Below are positions 20,661 to 33,296 of a DNA stretch of 36,612 nt, piece after piece. The notes under the pieces were generated by a model. The model did no database searches, was not told the origin of the DNA, and saw only the letters and a list, made by a program, of their open reading frames with translations. Positions within the stretch are counted from its first letter, which is position 1. The number at the start of each line of letters is the position of its first letter. A program made the position numbers and the translations under genes. Source of the DNA: an uncultured bacterium (GTDB lineage Bacteria > Lernaellota > Lernaellaia > Lernaellales > Lernaellaceae). The stretch is taken from positions 1 to 36,612 of the forward strand of contig CAZHPN010000042.1 in the NCBI GenBank assembly GCA_964534375.1. Reading direction: 5' to 3'.

Positions 20661-22391
20661 ATGAGCCGAAAAAAGCGGCCGATAAATTGGGACAAGGCGC
20701 CGCTGGGGCGCGAGCCGGACCAGGCGATAGCCAAGAAGTTTGGCGTTTCCATCGACGCCGTGCGGAGTCAGCGGCGTAAACGCGGGATTCCGCTGGGCGC
20801 GCTGGACGGGCGGTTCAACCGCAAGGAATTCCCGCTCGCGGAAATGGGAACGATGACCGACGCGGCCCTGGCCGCCAAACACGGCGTCTCGGAAGAACTG
20901 GTCCAGCGGCGGCGCAAGGCGGCGGGAATTGCCGCATTCGATCCGCGCACGCGGCGGCAAATCGATTGGGACCGCGCCGGCCTCGGTTTGGAAAGCGACG
21001 CCGCCATCGCGCGGAAACTGGGAGTCCACAGCGTCACGGTGGCGATGCAACGGCGAAAGCGCGGCATTCCCCCGTATCGTCCGCCCAAAACGCAAAAAAT
21101 CAATTGGGACCTCGTCGGTCTCGGCAGCGAATCGGACGCGGCCATCGCGAAACAGCTCGGGGTCGCCGTGCACACCGTTTACAAACAGCGACGAAAGCGC
21201 GGCATCGCCGCGCTCCCGGCCGGCCGCCGGGCAAAGCAACGATCGGATCCGCGCCGAACGACGCAATTCGATTGGGACAACGTCGGCCTCGGCGTAGAAA
21301 GCGACGTGGCGATCGCGGCGAAGCTCCGCATCAGCCGCGAAATCGTTCGCCACCAACGGGTCAAACGCAATATTCCGCCGAGCCGGTATCGGCCGCTCGG
21401 TATCGACTGGGACGAGCAACCGCTCGGCAAACTCACGGACCGGGACCTTGCCGAAAAGCTCGGCTGCAGCGAAGCCGCCGTCTTTGTGCATCGGCAACAG
21501 CGCGGCATCCCGGCCTACCGGCCGCCGCGGCGGTTGGGCAACCTCTGGGACGAGCAGCCGCTCGGAAAAATCCTCGATCGCGAGTTGGCCAAACGGCTCG
21601 GCTGCTCCCGCTCCGTCGTGGCCGCCCAGCGGCGAAAGCGCGGCATTCCGCCCTGCCCGTACTCGCCGCTGGGCGTGAATTGGGACGAACAACCGCTCGG
21701 CAAAGTTTCCGATGCCGCGCTCGCGAAACGGCTCGGCGTTGGCGAACTGGCCGTCCGGCGCCAACGGATCAAACGCGGCATTGCCCGACTCGAACCGCCG
21801 CCGCCGGCGCCGGGCGTCAACTGGGACGAACAATCGCTGGGCCAGGTCGCCGACGGGGAGATCGCCAAACAGCTCGGCTGCAGCAAAGCCGTCGTCGCCC
21901 ACCAGCGGCGCAAGCGCGGCATTCCGCCGTGCGCGTCGCCGCTCGCCATCAACTGGGACGAGCAACCGCTGGGCAAGATTCCGGATCGAACGCTGGCCCG
22001 ACGGCTGGGAGTCGACGCGGCGGCCGTCTGGCGCCAACGAGCCAAGCGCGGCCTGCCGCCGGCAGAGCCGATCGGCATGAATTGGGACGAGCAACCGCTC
22101 GGGAAGATGCCGGATCGGGCGCTGGCCGAGCGCCTCGGCTGCGCGCTCACGACGGTCGCCAGCGCCCGGCGGTTGCGCGGAATCCCGAGTTGGACGTCGC
22201 GCCAGCGCGAAGAAGAAGACCGCCGGTTTTGGGACGAGCAGCCGCTGGGGCGTTACCCGGATCAGACGCTCGCCGACCGGCTCGGCGTTCCCGTGGCGAC
22301 CGTCGAAAAAGAACGAATCGCCCGCGGCATTCCCAACTTGAAAGTCAACAATCCGCTGACGAGACTTCGGCGTCGCGACCGGCCGACGTGA
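20661..22391 (+). CDS. Tandem-repeat protein with 12 HTH-like units; putative nucleic-acid binding protein
   Basis: ATG after GAGGAG; 12 units of consensus (I/V)NWDEQPLGKxxDxx(L/I)AxxLGxSxxxVxxQRxKRGIP; strongly basic; no TM segment or signal peptide. Confidence 0.85.
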   Translation: MSRKKRPINWDKAPLGREPDQAIAKKFGVSIDAVRSQRRKRGIPLGALDGRFNRKEFPLAEMGTMTDAALAAKHGVSEELVQRRRKAAGIAAFDPRTRRQIDWDRAGLGLESDAAIARKLGVHSVTVAMQRRKRGIPPYRPPKTQKINWDLVGLGSESDAAIAKQLGVAVHTVYKQRRKRGIAALPAGRRAKQRSDPRRTTQFDWDNVGLGVESDVAIAAKLRISREIVRHQRVKRNIPPSRYRPLGIDWDEQPLGKLTDRDLAEKLGCSEAAVFVHRQQRGIPAYRPPRRLGNLWDEQPLGKILDRELAKRLGCSRSVVAAQRRKRGIPPCPYSPLGVNWDEQPLGKVSDAALAKRLGVGELAVRRQRIKRGIARLEPPPPAPGVNWDEQSLGQVADGEIAKQLGCSKAVVAHQRRKRGIPPCASPLAINWDEQPLGKIPDRTLARRLGVDAAAVWRQRAKRGLPPAEPIGMNWDEQPLGKMPDRALAERLGCALTTVASARRLRGIPSWTSRQREEEDRRFWDEQPLGRYPDQTLADRLGVPVATVEKERIARGIPNLKVNNPLTRLRRRDRPT

Positions 22392-22440
22392 CGAACGACG
22401 CCACGGGTGACCGGCGCATCCCCGACGTGGTGACGAAAAA

Positions 22441-23508
22441 CTATGCGATCAGCGGGTGTGTCGTGCGGTGGCTGCCGATCCAGTTGTGCAGCGTCGCGTG
22501 CGGCGCGCCGTCGACATAGTCGATCCGTAAATACGGTCGAATATAGACGCGGCCGAGCGACGCGATGTCCAGCGACATGATTTCCGTCCACGATCCGGTG
22601 TTGAAATATTCGCGGTCCGGCGAAAGGTGCCGGTAATCGATCTTGTGGCTGTGGCCGAGCGTGACGAGGCGATAGTGCGTACGCCGCAGGATCGTCTGCG
22701 CGCTGCGTTCGAGCGAACGGTGCGACATGGCGTCGGCGAAACGCAGCGGCGACAAGCGAAATTCGCGCCGCCGATACGGGTCGCGCGAGAAGCGGTTGAG
22801 CGCCCAGAAACGAACCACTCCCAGCACAATGCGCCAAAAGAAAAAATGGTCGTTCCAAAACGCCCAACGCAAATACTTGCCAAACGGCCGCACCTTGTCG
22901 ATGATCGGCCGCCGCTGCTTGAGCGCCCGCAGATATTGAATCACGAACAGGCTGCCGTAGGGGAGTTTCAACAGCTCGACGCCGTCCGGGCCGCGGCGCG
23001 TGTAATCGCGCATGTCGAAGTTGAAAATGAATTCGTACTGGTGGCCGTGCGCGATCAGGATGCCGTCGGCCGACCAACTCGTCTCGATGCGCACGTGCCG
23101 CCCGACGCTGTCGCGCAACGTCTTTTGCACGCCGGGAAACAGCAGCGCGGCGTCGTGATTGCCGACGATCAGCGTGAGCTGCTTGCGGTCGCGCCGCACG
23201 AAATCGCGCAACGCCGCGAACACCTCGGGGTGGCCGGCGACGATCTGCCGCATCTGCGCGACCGCGACCTGTTCGGTGATCGCCTCCGTGGCCCTGCCGT
23301 CCACCGGGATTTCCAACAGATTGAAAAAATCGCCGTTGACGATCAGTTCCACGTCGTCGGCCGCGAAATCGCCGCTGGAAAAATGCGCGAGAAACTCGAT
23401 GAGCAACTCGTCTTCGAGAAAATCTTCGAAGGGATTGCGCCGGCCGTCCGGCAGGCGCGCGCCCGTGTGCATGTGCAGGTCGCTGATGACGAGCTTGAGT
23501 TTTCTCAC
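22441..23508 (-). CDS. Calcineurin-like metallophosphoesterase (LpxH-like superfamily)
   Basis: ISDLH, NGDFF, GNHD, HGHQY, GHSH and NTGSW motifs. Confidence 0.88.
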   Translation of the reverse strand: MRKLKLVISDLHMHTGARLPDGRRNPFEDFLEDELLIEFLAHFSSGDFAADDVELIVNGDFFNLLEIPVDGRATEAITEQVAVAQMRQIVAGHPEVFAALRDFVRRDRKQLTLIVGNHDAALLFPGVQKTLRDSVGRHVRIETSWSADGILIAHGHQYEFIFNFDMRDYTRRGPDGVELLKLPYGSLFVIQYLRALKQRRPIIDKVRPFGKYLRWAFWNDHFFFWRIVLGVVRFWALNRFSRDPYRRREFRLSPLRFADAMSHRSLERSAQTILRRTHYRLVTLGHSHKIDYRHLSPDREYFNTGSWTEIMSLDIASLGRVYIRPYLRIDYVDGAPHATLHNWIGSHRTTHPLIA

Positions 23509-23533
23509 GCCCTCTCCGCCCGCCGGCGTGCGC

Positions 23534-24820
23534 TCAGGCCTTCGGCCGGCCGATGAACTCCTTGCCCATGTATGGAACCAAGGCCCGCGGCACGCGCACC
23601 GTGCCGTCGGCCTGCTGGCCGTTTTCCAGCACCGTGATCAGCGCGCGCGACACGGCGATCGCCGTGCCGTTGAGGGTGTGGACGAAACGCGGTTTGCCGC
23701 CGGCCGCCGGGCGGTAGCGAATGTTCAGCCGGCGCGCCTGGTAGTCGGTGCAATTGCTCGTGCTCGTCACCTCGCCGTACTCGCCGGCCTCGCCGCGGCC
23801 CGGCATCCAGGCCTCGATGTCGAACTTGCGATACGCGGGCGCGCCGAGATCGCCCGTGCAAATGTCCACCACCTGATATGGCGCTTCGAGGTCCGTGAAA
23901 ATCTTTTCTTCGAGCGCCAGCATTTTTTCGTGGATCGCGTCGGATTGTTCGGGCGTGGCAAAGGCGAACATCTCGATCTTCGTGAACTGGTGCACGCGGT
24001 ACAGCCCGCGGCTCGCGCGCCCGTACGAGCCGGCCTCGGTCCGGAAACAATGGCTGACGCCGGCCAGCAACAGCGGCAGGTCTTTTTCGTCGACGATCTC
24101 GTCCTGCAGCATGCCGCCGAGCGTGATTTCGGCGGTGGCGATCAGCGCCAGATCCTGGTTGGCGACCGAATAAATCTGCGTTTCTTCGCCGCGCGGATTG
24201 AAGCCGATGCCTTCGAGGATCGCCGGCCGCGCCACATCCGGCGTCGCCACCGGCGAAAACCCGGCCGCCGCCAGGGTGTCGAGCGCGTAGCGGGTCATCG
24301 ACGTTTCGAGCAGCACCGCGTCGTTTTTCAGAAAATAGAAATTGGCGCCGGCGACCTTCTGGCCGGCTTTGAAATCGATCAGGTTCAATTCCTCGCCGAT
24401 AACTACGTGGTCTTTCGGCTTGAACGCAAATTTCGCCGGCTCGCCGACCTGCCGCAGCACCTGGTTGGCGTCTTCGGTCAGGCCGATCGGCGCCGCCGGA
24501 TGCGTCATGTTCGGAATCAAACGCATCAGGCCATCGACCTCGACCTGCGCGGCCTTCGACGCTTCGTCCGCCGCGGCGATCTGCGCCTTCAGCGCCCGGC
24601 CTTCCTCGATCAGCTTCTGGCGCGTCTCCGGCTCCATTTTGCCCTTCATCGAGCCGGCGACTTCATTGGCGCGCCGCCGCAGGTCGTCGACGTCGGTGAT
24701 CAGTTTCGCGCGGCGCTCGGCCAATTCCGGCAGCGCCGCGACGTCGACCTTCACTCCACGGTTGCGAATGTTCGCTTGCACTTCGTCGAAGTGCGCCAGC
24801 ACGTAGCCCAAATCCAACAT
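23534..24820 (-). CDS. serS: Serine--tRNA ligase
   Basis: N-terminal MLD and coiled coil, IATAE, FRTEAG, GLYRVHQFTKIEM, EVTSTSNCTDYQARRL and HTLNGT. Confidence 0.98.
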   Translation of the reverse strand: MLDLGYVLAHFDEVQANIRNRGVKVDVAALPELAERRAKLITDVDDLRRRANEVAGSMKGKMEPETRQKLIEEGRALKAQIAAADEASKAAQVEVDGLMRLIPNMTHPAAPIGLTEDANQVLRQVGEPAKFAFKPKDHVVIGEELNLIDFKAGQKVAGANFYFLKNDAVLLETSMTRYALDTLAAAGFSPVATPDVARPAILEGIGFNPRGEETQIYSVANQDLALIATAEITLGGMLQDEIVDEKDLPLLLAGVSHCFRTEAGSYGRASRGLYRVHQFTKIEMFAFATPEQSDAIHEKMLALEEKIFTDLEAPYQVVDICTGDLGAPAYRKFDIEAWMPGRGEAGEYGEVTSTSNCTDYQARRLNIRYRPAAGGKPRFVHTLNGTAIAVSRALITVLENGQQADGTVRVPRALVPYMGKEFIGRPKA

Positions 24821-24916
24821 CGGCGACTCTCCTGTTCGTCTATGGCAATATTCGTCGGCGGTGACGCACGCATGTAACAGCAGCGCGCGAAAAAGGGCAA
24901 GAGGTCGCCCCGGCCA

Positions 24917-27517
24917 TTACGGCGCGAGTTCCACCATCTGGAACGTCCGCGGCGGCACGGTCAACGGCACGTGGCAATGGCCGTTCGCATCGGGCGCGCA
25001 CGACAGCGGCGTCGCCGAGCCGTCGGTGAGGGAAATCGCGCTCAGTTTGGCTTGCGGCAGGTTGTAATTGGCCGGGTCGAACACGAGGTTGGCCTCGATC
25101 GCCTGATCGGCCGCGTTGGCGACGAGCAACGCCACGTTGTTTTCATACGGGTGGCGCCAGGCGGCGACCTGTAGCGGTTGTGCTTGCCATTGGCCGGCGT
25201 GGTCGCAACCGGACCCGTTGATCGAAAAATAGTACGAATACGAAAACGACGCGTTCGCCGGCGCGGGGTCGAGTTGCGGCGTCGGCTCCATGCGGCCGAG
25301 CGTCAAGTACGGCTGCGCCGGCGACGCGGTGCGCACCGACATCGCCGTGCGTAAAAAGGCGAGTTTATCCGGGTCCGCGCGGTGTACGGCGCCGTCGTAC
25401 TGCCAGCCGCGGTCCCATTGCGCGAGGCCCTGCCCCCAATCGGTCTGGAAGCCGCACGCGGTATGACCGGCCGTGCAGGCGGTCTTCGCGTTCAGCGACG
25501 GCAGCCAATCGAGGGGCGTGTTGAAATAGCTCAGTTCGACGACGCCGCCCCACACGTATTCGGCGGCCACGATCCAGTAAAACACATCGCCGAGGTCCTC
25601 GCTCACGGTCATCTTCCCGCCGGTTCGCACCGCGCCGAGGTGATGGCGCAGGTACGCCATGAGCGGAACCTGGACGGCCAGACCCGCCACGATCCAACCG
25701 TCCGCCCCGGTGAACGCCGGCGGCTGCGAGTTCGCGACCTTGTCGCGCAGCGGCCCGTCGCCCGAGGCGCCCAGATGCCAGAAGTCGACCAGGTCGGCGT
25801 AGGGCTCGGTCGCGTTTTCGGCGCCGTAGCGAAACCCGCGCGGGTTCGGCGTGCCGCACGGCGCGTCGAGGGCGTTGCGCGCGCCCTGCGCGTACCACTG
25901 GCCGGCGCCCGCCGGATGGCCGTCGGCGCGGCCGCACAGCCCCGCGTAGTCGCCGTAGTTCGCGACGGCGAAGCCGAAATCGAAATACAGCGCATCGAGC
26001 GGCCGGCCGAGGGCGTTGACGACCAGCGAGTCGCGCCAGCGCCAGAAATCGGCGACCGTCGCACTGGCCGGATCGAGCGTGAACACCCATCCGCCGGTGA
26101 GCGGATCCTGGGCGCTGAAAGCGCCCGGGCGGCCCGTTTCATCGACGAGCACGCTGTTGGCGAGATAGGCCGGATCGTGCGGATCGTCGCCCGGCGGCGG
26201 CGAAAAACCGTGCCACCCGGGAACGGCCGAGTCGATCGCAATATCGTAAAGAAAGAGGGCCGCGAGGTCGCCTTGGCCCTGCGCCTGGGCGACGTTATCC
26301 GCCGTCGAGCCGACGAACGGCGCCCAGAAAATTTCGTCGTGGCCGGCCTGCTGCATCGACAAGTAGCGGGCCGGTTCCGGATCGCCCAGCCGATGGAAAT
26401 CCCAGCCGAGCACGAACAGCAACTGCGCCGCGGAGAGTCCGCCGGTCAGCGCCGTCCGAAATCCCTCGATCCACGGGCGCTGATCCACCCGCGACGAGAC
26501 GCCGAAAACGCTCGCGCCGAGCCGTTCGAAAAATTCCTGCTCGGCCGGCGCGCGCTGCGCCAGCGGGGCGGCCGCCCAGGGCTGCCCGTCGGACCACGTG
26601 CGGTACACGTCCGCCGCTTCGTCCCACGCGCCGACGTCGAGCCAGTGCAGCACCGTCGGATACGCGACGGCGAAGGCCCCGCGTTGGGCGGCGCCGGCGA
26701 CGTCCGAATTGAGATGCTCGACGCGCCAGACCGGTATCGCCTGCTTCGCGCTGACGTCGGTGTCGAGTTCGAAATCTTTGACGGCGAACGTCGGGTCGGC
26801 CGTATACAGCAACACGCCGCCCAGCCCCGGATGCATGTAGGCGACCAGTTGCGCCATCGCCTCGTGGCCCAGCGGATAATGGTGGGATCGCAAACTGTAT
26901 GACCCGTCGCGAATCTCGTCGGCCAGCCGCGCCAACGGTTGATTCATCAGCACGCCGCCTTCCCACGACGTCAAGTACGTGTCGCCCGAGCCGTCGCCGG
27001 ACAGCGGCGCCAGCCCGTAAAAAATCGGATAGCGCAGGCTGTAGATTTGCCGGCCGCCGAGTTGCGCGATCGTCGCCGTGGCGCTCGCCTCTGCCGCGCC
27101 GTCCGTCAGACGCCAATCGGCGGTCACGGTCGGACCCGCCGGCAAGGCCCAAACGATTTGCAGATGGTCCGCGGCCAGGCGGCGAAATTCGGCCTTCGGC
27201 AGCGACACCGGCATTTGCACGACTTGCAGGAATTTGCCCGACGCGTCTTTGCCGATTTGGAAAATCTCGAACGGATCGCCGGGCGCGGGCGGCGTCGACG
27301 CGGCGGCGCCGAGCAGGTTCAGCGAGGGATTGCGCCGGAGGTCGGCGACCTGCGCAACCCGGCCGGTCGCGTTGTCGAAGGCGACGGAAATCAGCCCGTT
27401 GCTCAGCACGGTCGTCGACGACGCCCCGGCGCCGGACGCCCGGTGGGCGTTGAGGCGCCCGCAGGCGGCCAGCGCCGCGAACAGCATGACGAAAAACCAG
27501 CGAAAACCGGGCCGCAT
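24917..27517 (-). CDS. Large lipoprotein, putative glycoside-hydrolase-like (DUF6259-like)
   Basis: Lipobox LAAC after MRPGFRWFFVMLFAA; beta-rich N-terminus; W.EAADVYRTW...QPW, LDALYFDF and YGAENATEPY. The start could be 27541. Confidence 0.6.
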   Translation of the reverse strand: MRPGFRWFFVMLFAALAACGRLNAHRASGAGASSTTVLSNGLISVAFDNATGRVAQVADLRRNPSLNLLGAAASTPPAPGDPFEIFQIGKDASGKFLQVVQMPVSLPKAEFRRLAADHLQIVWALPAGPTVTADWRLTDGAAEASATATIAQLGGRQIYSLRYPIFYGLAPLSGDGSGDTYLTSWEGGVLMNQPLARLADEIRDGSYSLRSHHYPLGHEAMAQLVAYMHPGLGGVLLYTADPTFAVKDFELDTDVSAKQAIPVWRVEHLNSDVAGAAQRGAFAVAYPTVLHWLDVGAWDEAADVYRTWSDGQPWAAAPLAQRAPAEQEFFERLGASVFGVSSRVDQRPWIEGFRTALTGGLSAAQLLFVLGWDFHRLGDPEPARYLSMQQAGHDEIFWAPFVGSTADNVAQAQGQGDLAALFLYDIAIDSAVPGWHGFSPPPGDDPHDPAYLANSVLVDETGRPGAFSAQDPLTGGWVFTLDPASATVADFWRWRDSLVVNALGRPLDALYFDFGFAVANYGDYAGLCGRADGHPAGAGQWYAQGARNALDAPCGTPNPRGFRYGAENATEPYADLVDFWHLGASGDGPLRDKVANSQPPAFTGADGWIVAGLAVQVPLMAYLRHHLGAVRTGGKMTVSEDLGDVFYWIVAAEYVWGGVVELSYFNTPLDWLPSLNAKTACTAGHTACGFQTDWGQGLAQWDRGWQYDGAVHRADPDKLAFLRTAMSVRTASPAQPYLTLGRMEPTPQLDPAPANASFSYSYYFSINGSGCDHAGQWQAQPLQVAAWRHPYENNVALLVANAADQAIEANLVFDPANYNLPQAKLSAISLTDGSATPLSCAPDANGHCHVPLTVPPRTFQMVELAP

Positions 27518-27602
27518 CGAATTCTGCCTGTTGACTCCCATTCGCCTTGTTCGGCGAAGAGCGAATTTTATCAACAAACCGGCGCGAGATATAGCGGCGT
27601 CG

Positions 27603-30848
<3,246 letters not shown>

Positions 30849-30870
30849 CGCCGCAGCCCCGCGCCAAGGG

Positions 30871-31167
30871 CGAGTGACGAGTTACGAATGACGAATGACG
30901 AGTGGCGAATGACGAATGGCGAATGGCGAATGGCGAATGACGAATCGGTCTTATAGGACCTATATGTCCTATAGGGCCTATACGTCCTATGTCATCGTGG
31001 GGCGCAATAGCGCCACCTCCGACCTGTAAGAGCGCCTTTCCAGGCGCGATTTCACCGATCGCGCCCGGAAGGGCGCTCTTACAGCCTCTCACTTCTGACT
31101 TCTGTCTTCTGTCTTCTGACTTCTTCATTCGGCATTCCGCATTCCGCATTCGCCATTCCGCATTCCC
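30871..31167. repeat. Composite repeat element between imuB and dnaE2
   Basis: 11 CGAATG(A/G)-like units (30871-30947), 4 ATAGGACCT-like units (30953-30988), a hairpin with 27-bp arms (31024-31084), 5 (A/T)CTTCTG units (31091-31125) and 6 CATTCCG-like units (31126-31167). Confidence 0.92.
31024..31084. repeat. REP-like inverted doublet
   Basis: CTGTAAGAGCGCCTTTCCAGGCGCGAT, 7 nt loop, ATCGCGCCCGGAAGGGCGCTCTTACAG; 25 of 27 positions complementary; GTAA-GAGCG head resembles GTAG-family REPs. Confidence 0.8.
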
Positions 31168-32652
31168 CTACTCCACCTGCCCCTGCACAAACCACCGCCG
31201 GACCCCCGCATCGTAGTAAACCCAAAGCAGGCAGCCGTTCTGCGTTTCCAAAAAGTAATAGCGCCGGTGCGTTTCGCGCCGCTGCCAGCCGCCGGAAACG
31301 ATGTACGGCCCCCACGTTTGCAGCACCGCGCCGCATTGCAGGCTGCGAATGCTCCAACTGTCCGGCTCGGGGCGCGCGCGCGGCCCCTGCGGCGCCGGCT
31401 GCGCGAACACGCGCCGGATCAACGTCGGCGGCGCGGCGGCGCGCGGCTCGGCAAAGGCCAGATGCTCCAGCGGCTCCCAGACGAAGCGCGCCTCGGGCAG
31501 ATGGCCCTCGGTCAGCCGCGCCCGCAACACCGCGGCGTCGCCGAGTTCGGCGCGCAAGCGAGCCAGCGCGCGATCCGCCGCGGCCAGGTCGCGGCGCGGC
31601 TTTTCGAAAAACAATTCGAGCTGCCGCCGCTCGGCCGGCGCGGCGTGGGCGGTCAGGCCGAGTTCTGCGGCCGGCGCGGGCAGCGGCGCGGCTTCGAGGC
31701 GCAGCCGCACGAGATCGAGAATCAACGCGTCGTCGAGCGTCGGCTCGGCGGGGCGGATGCGGTCGGTGCGCGGCTCGGCCCCCTCCAAGGCAAACCGGAT
31801 TTCCAATTCGCGCAGCGCCGCCGCTCGTTCGGCGAGGCGGTAAAGCAGCGGGTGCAAATGCCGGCGAATCAGGAACAGCAGCGCGACGGCGTTCTCTTCG
31901 GACTCATCGAGAATCGCCGTCTCCGCGATCGGCTCGAACGGCGGCGCGGGCACGAGCGGCTCGTGGCCCAAACCGGCCGCCAGCGCGTGCAGTTTCGCCG
32001 CCTCCGGGCCGAAACGGCGGCGCACCCCCTGCGGCGGCAGTTTCAGAAAATCGCCGACCGTGCGAACGCCCAGCTTGTCGAGGGTCGCACGCAGGTCCGC
32101 GTCGACCGCCAGCGCCGCCAACGAGGTGCGGCGCAGCGCGGCTTCTTCGTCCGGCGCGCCGGCGAAGACCAGCGCGCCCTGCCGCGATTTGGCGACCGCG
32201 TAAACGGCGAAGCGCCGGAAGCCGACGACGACCGTCGCCTGCCGCCCGCGTTCGACCAGCGCCTGGTGGATCGCTCGCGCCCACGCGCTGGCCGAAGCGA
32301 AAAGCAGCGCCAGCCCCTTGCCGCCGAGCCAGAACACGCCGGGCTCTGCCGCCGAAATCTCGACGTCCGGCGAAAAGCGGCGCAACTCGTCGGCGAGTGC
32401 GTCCACCTCGGCCGCGATCTCGCCGGCGGGGACTTCGGCCGCCTGCAAGTCAGGCGCGAGGCCGAGCCCCTGGTCGTAGCGCATGCCGGGCGCGACGCCG
32501 AGCCGCCGCGCCTCGCGCGTGGCCCAGAGAATCTCGCCCTGCGGCTTGTCCTGCGCCACAACCGCCGCCGGCCGGCCGAGCCACTCGGGCCGGCGCGCCA
32601 GCAATAGCTGTAGCGGCAGCGCGGGGAGGCTAACACAAGCCAGGCGGTCCAT
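31168..32652 (-). CDS. imuB: ImuB, inactive Y-family polymerase homolog
   Basis: Y-family fold lacking the catalytic acidic motif (RLACVSLP, FSPDVE); clamp-binding QLELF; C-terminal GPYIVSGGW...RRYY; lies between imuA and dnaE2. Confidence 0.9.
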   Translation of the reverse strand: MDRLACVSLPALPLQLLLARRPEWLGRPAAVVAQDKPQGEILWATREARRLGVAPGMRYDQGLGLAPDLQAAEVPAGEIAAEVDALADELRRFSPDVEISAAEPGVFWLGGKGLALLFASASAWARAIHQALVERGRQATVVVGFRRFAVYAVAKSRQGALVFAGAPDEEAALRRTSLAALAVDADLRATLDKLGVRTVGDFLKLPPQGVRRRFGPEAAKLHALAAGLGHEPLVPAPPFEPIAETAILDESEENAVALLFLIRRHLHPLLYRLAERAAALRELEIRFALEGAEPRTDRIRPAEPTLDDALILDLVRLRLEAAPLPAPAAELGLTAHAAPAERRQLELFFEKPRRDLAAADRALARLRAELGDAAVLRARLTEGHLPEARFVWEPLEHLAFAEPRAAAPPTLIRRVFAQPAPQGPRARPEPDSWSIRSLQCGAVLQTWGPYIVSGGWQRRETHRRYYFLETQNGCLLWVYYDAGVRRWFVQGQVE

Positions 32653-33277
32653 TGTAGGCAGCCTCCCGCCCCCAACCGGGACCCTGCTGTTTGTCTTTGA
32701 TCGCGCGAAAGCGGCAGAAGAAGCGGCCGTCCGGCAGGCGCTGGCGTTCGCTCTGCCCGCGCAGCGAGACCAGCGACCCGGTGGACGGCGCGTCCGCCGA
32801 TTTTTCGGTCAGCAGCAGAATGGCGATATCATGTTTCTGCGCCAGGCTCGCCAGCCGCGACTGGAGCGGCGTCGGCACGTCGCCCTCGCCCAGATCGAGG
32901 ACCAGCAGGCCGAACGCGCCCGAGCGGGCCAAGCGGTCCGCCGCGCGCGCGCCGGCTTTGTCGTCCGGGCAACGGACGACCGGCAGCGCCGCCAGATCGA
33001 CGCCGCTCGCCGCGACGTCCGGCGGGTAGAATCCGCTCGCGGCGCCGCCGAGCCAGGCCGCGGTCTCGCCCTCGCGCTGCGCGTCGAGAATGGCCTGGCA
33101 AGCGAGCGTCAGCGTCGCGGAATTGCCGCGGCCGGACAGTTCGACCAGCCGCCCCGCCAGTTCCGCCCGCGACAAGCCCGCGGTCGACGCCGGCCGCGGG
33201 CGCGCCCGCGGCCGCGCCTCCACCAGGCGCCGGCCCAATTGCTTCCGCACCGCCGCGGTTCGTTCGTTGGCTTTCAT
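32630..33277 (-). CDS. imuA: ImuA / RecA-like accessory protein
   Basis: GRLVELSG with a degenerate Walker A (GNSATLT), FYPPD, GVDL and LARSGAFGLLVLDL; position in the lexA-imuA-imuB-dnaE2 cassette. Confidence 0.85.
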   Translation of the reverse strand: MKANERTAAVRKQLGRRLVEARPRARPRPASTAGLSRAELAGRLVELSGRGNSATLTLACQAILDAQREGETAAWLGGAASGFYPPDVAASGVDLAALPVVRCPDDKAGARAADRLARSGAFGLLVLDLGEGDVPTPLQSRLASLAQKHDIAILLLTEKSADAPSTGSLVSLRGQSERQRLPDGRFFCRFRAIKDKQQGPGWGREAAYNGPPGLC

Positions 33278-33296
33278 TTGTTTTCTTCCCCCCGGA

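Noticed and set aside
19602..22094. 830-aa minus-strand repetitive ORF
   Set aside because: Antisense of the MBL and HTH-repeat genes; its periodicity mirrors the sense-strand repeats.
21400..22260. CRISPR-like or non-coding DNA repeat (TGGGACGAGCAACCGCTCGG about every 130 nt)
   Set aside because: The copies are in frame within the 20661-22391 ORF and vary at synonymous positions, so they are protein repeats.
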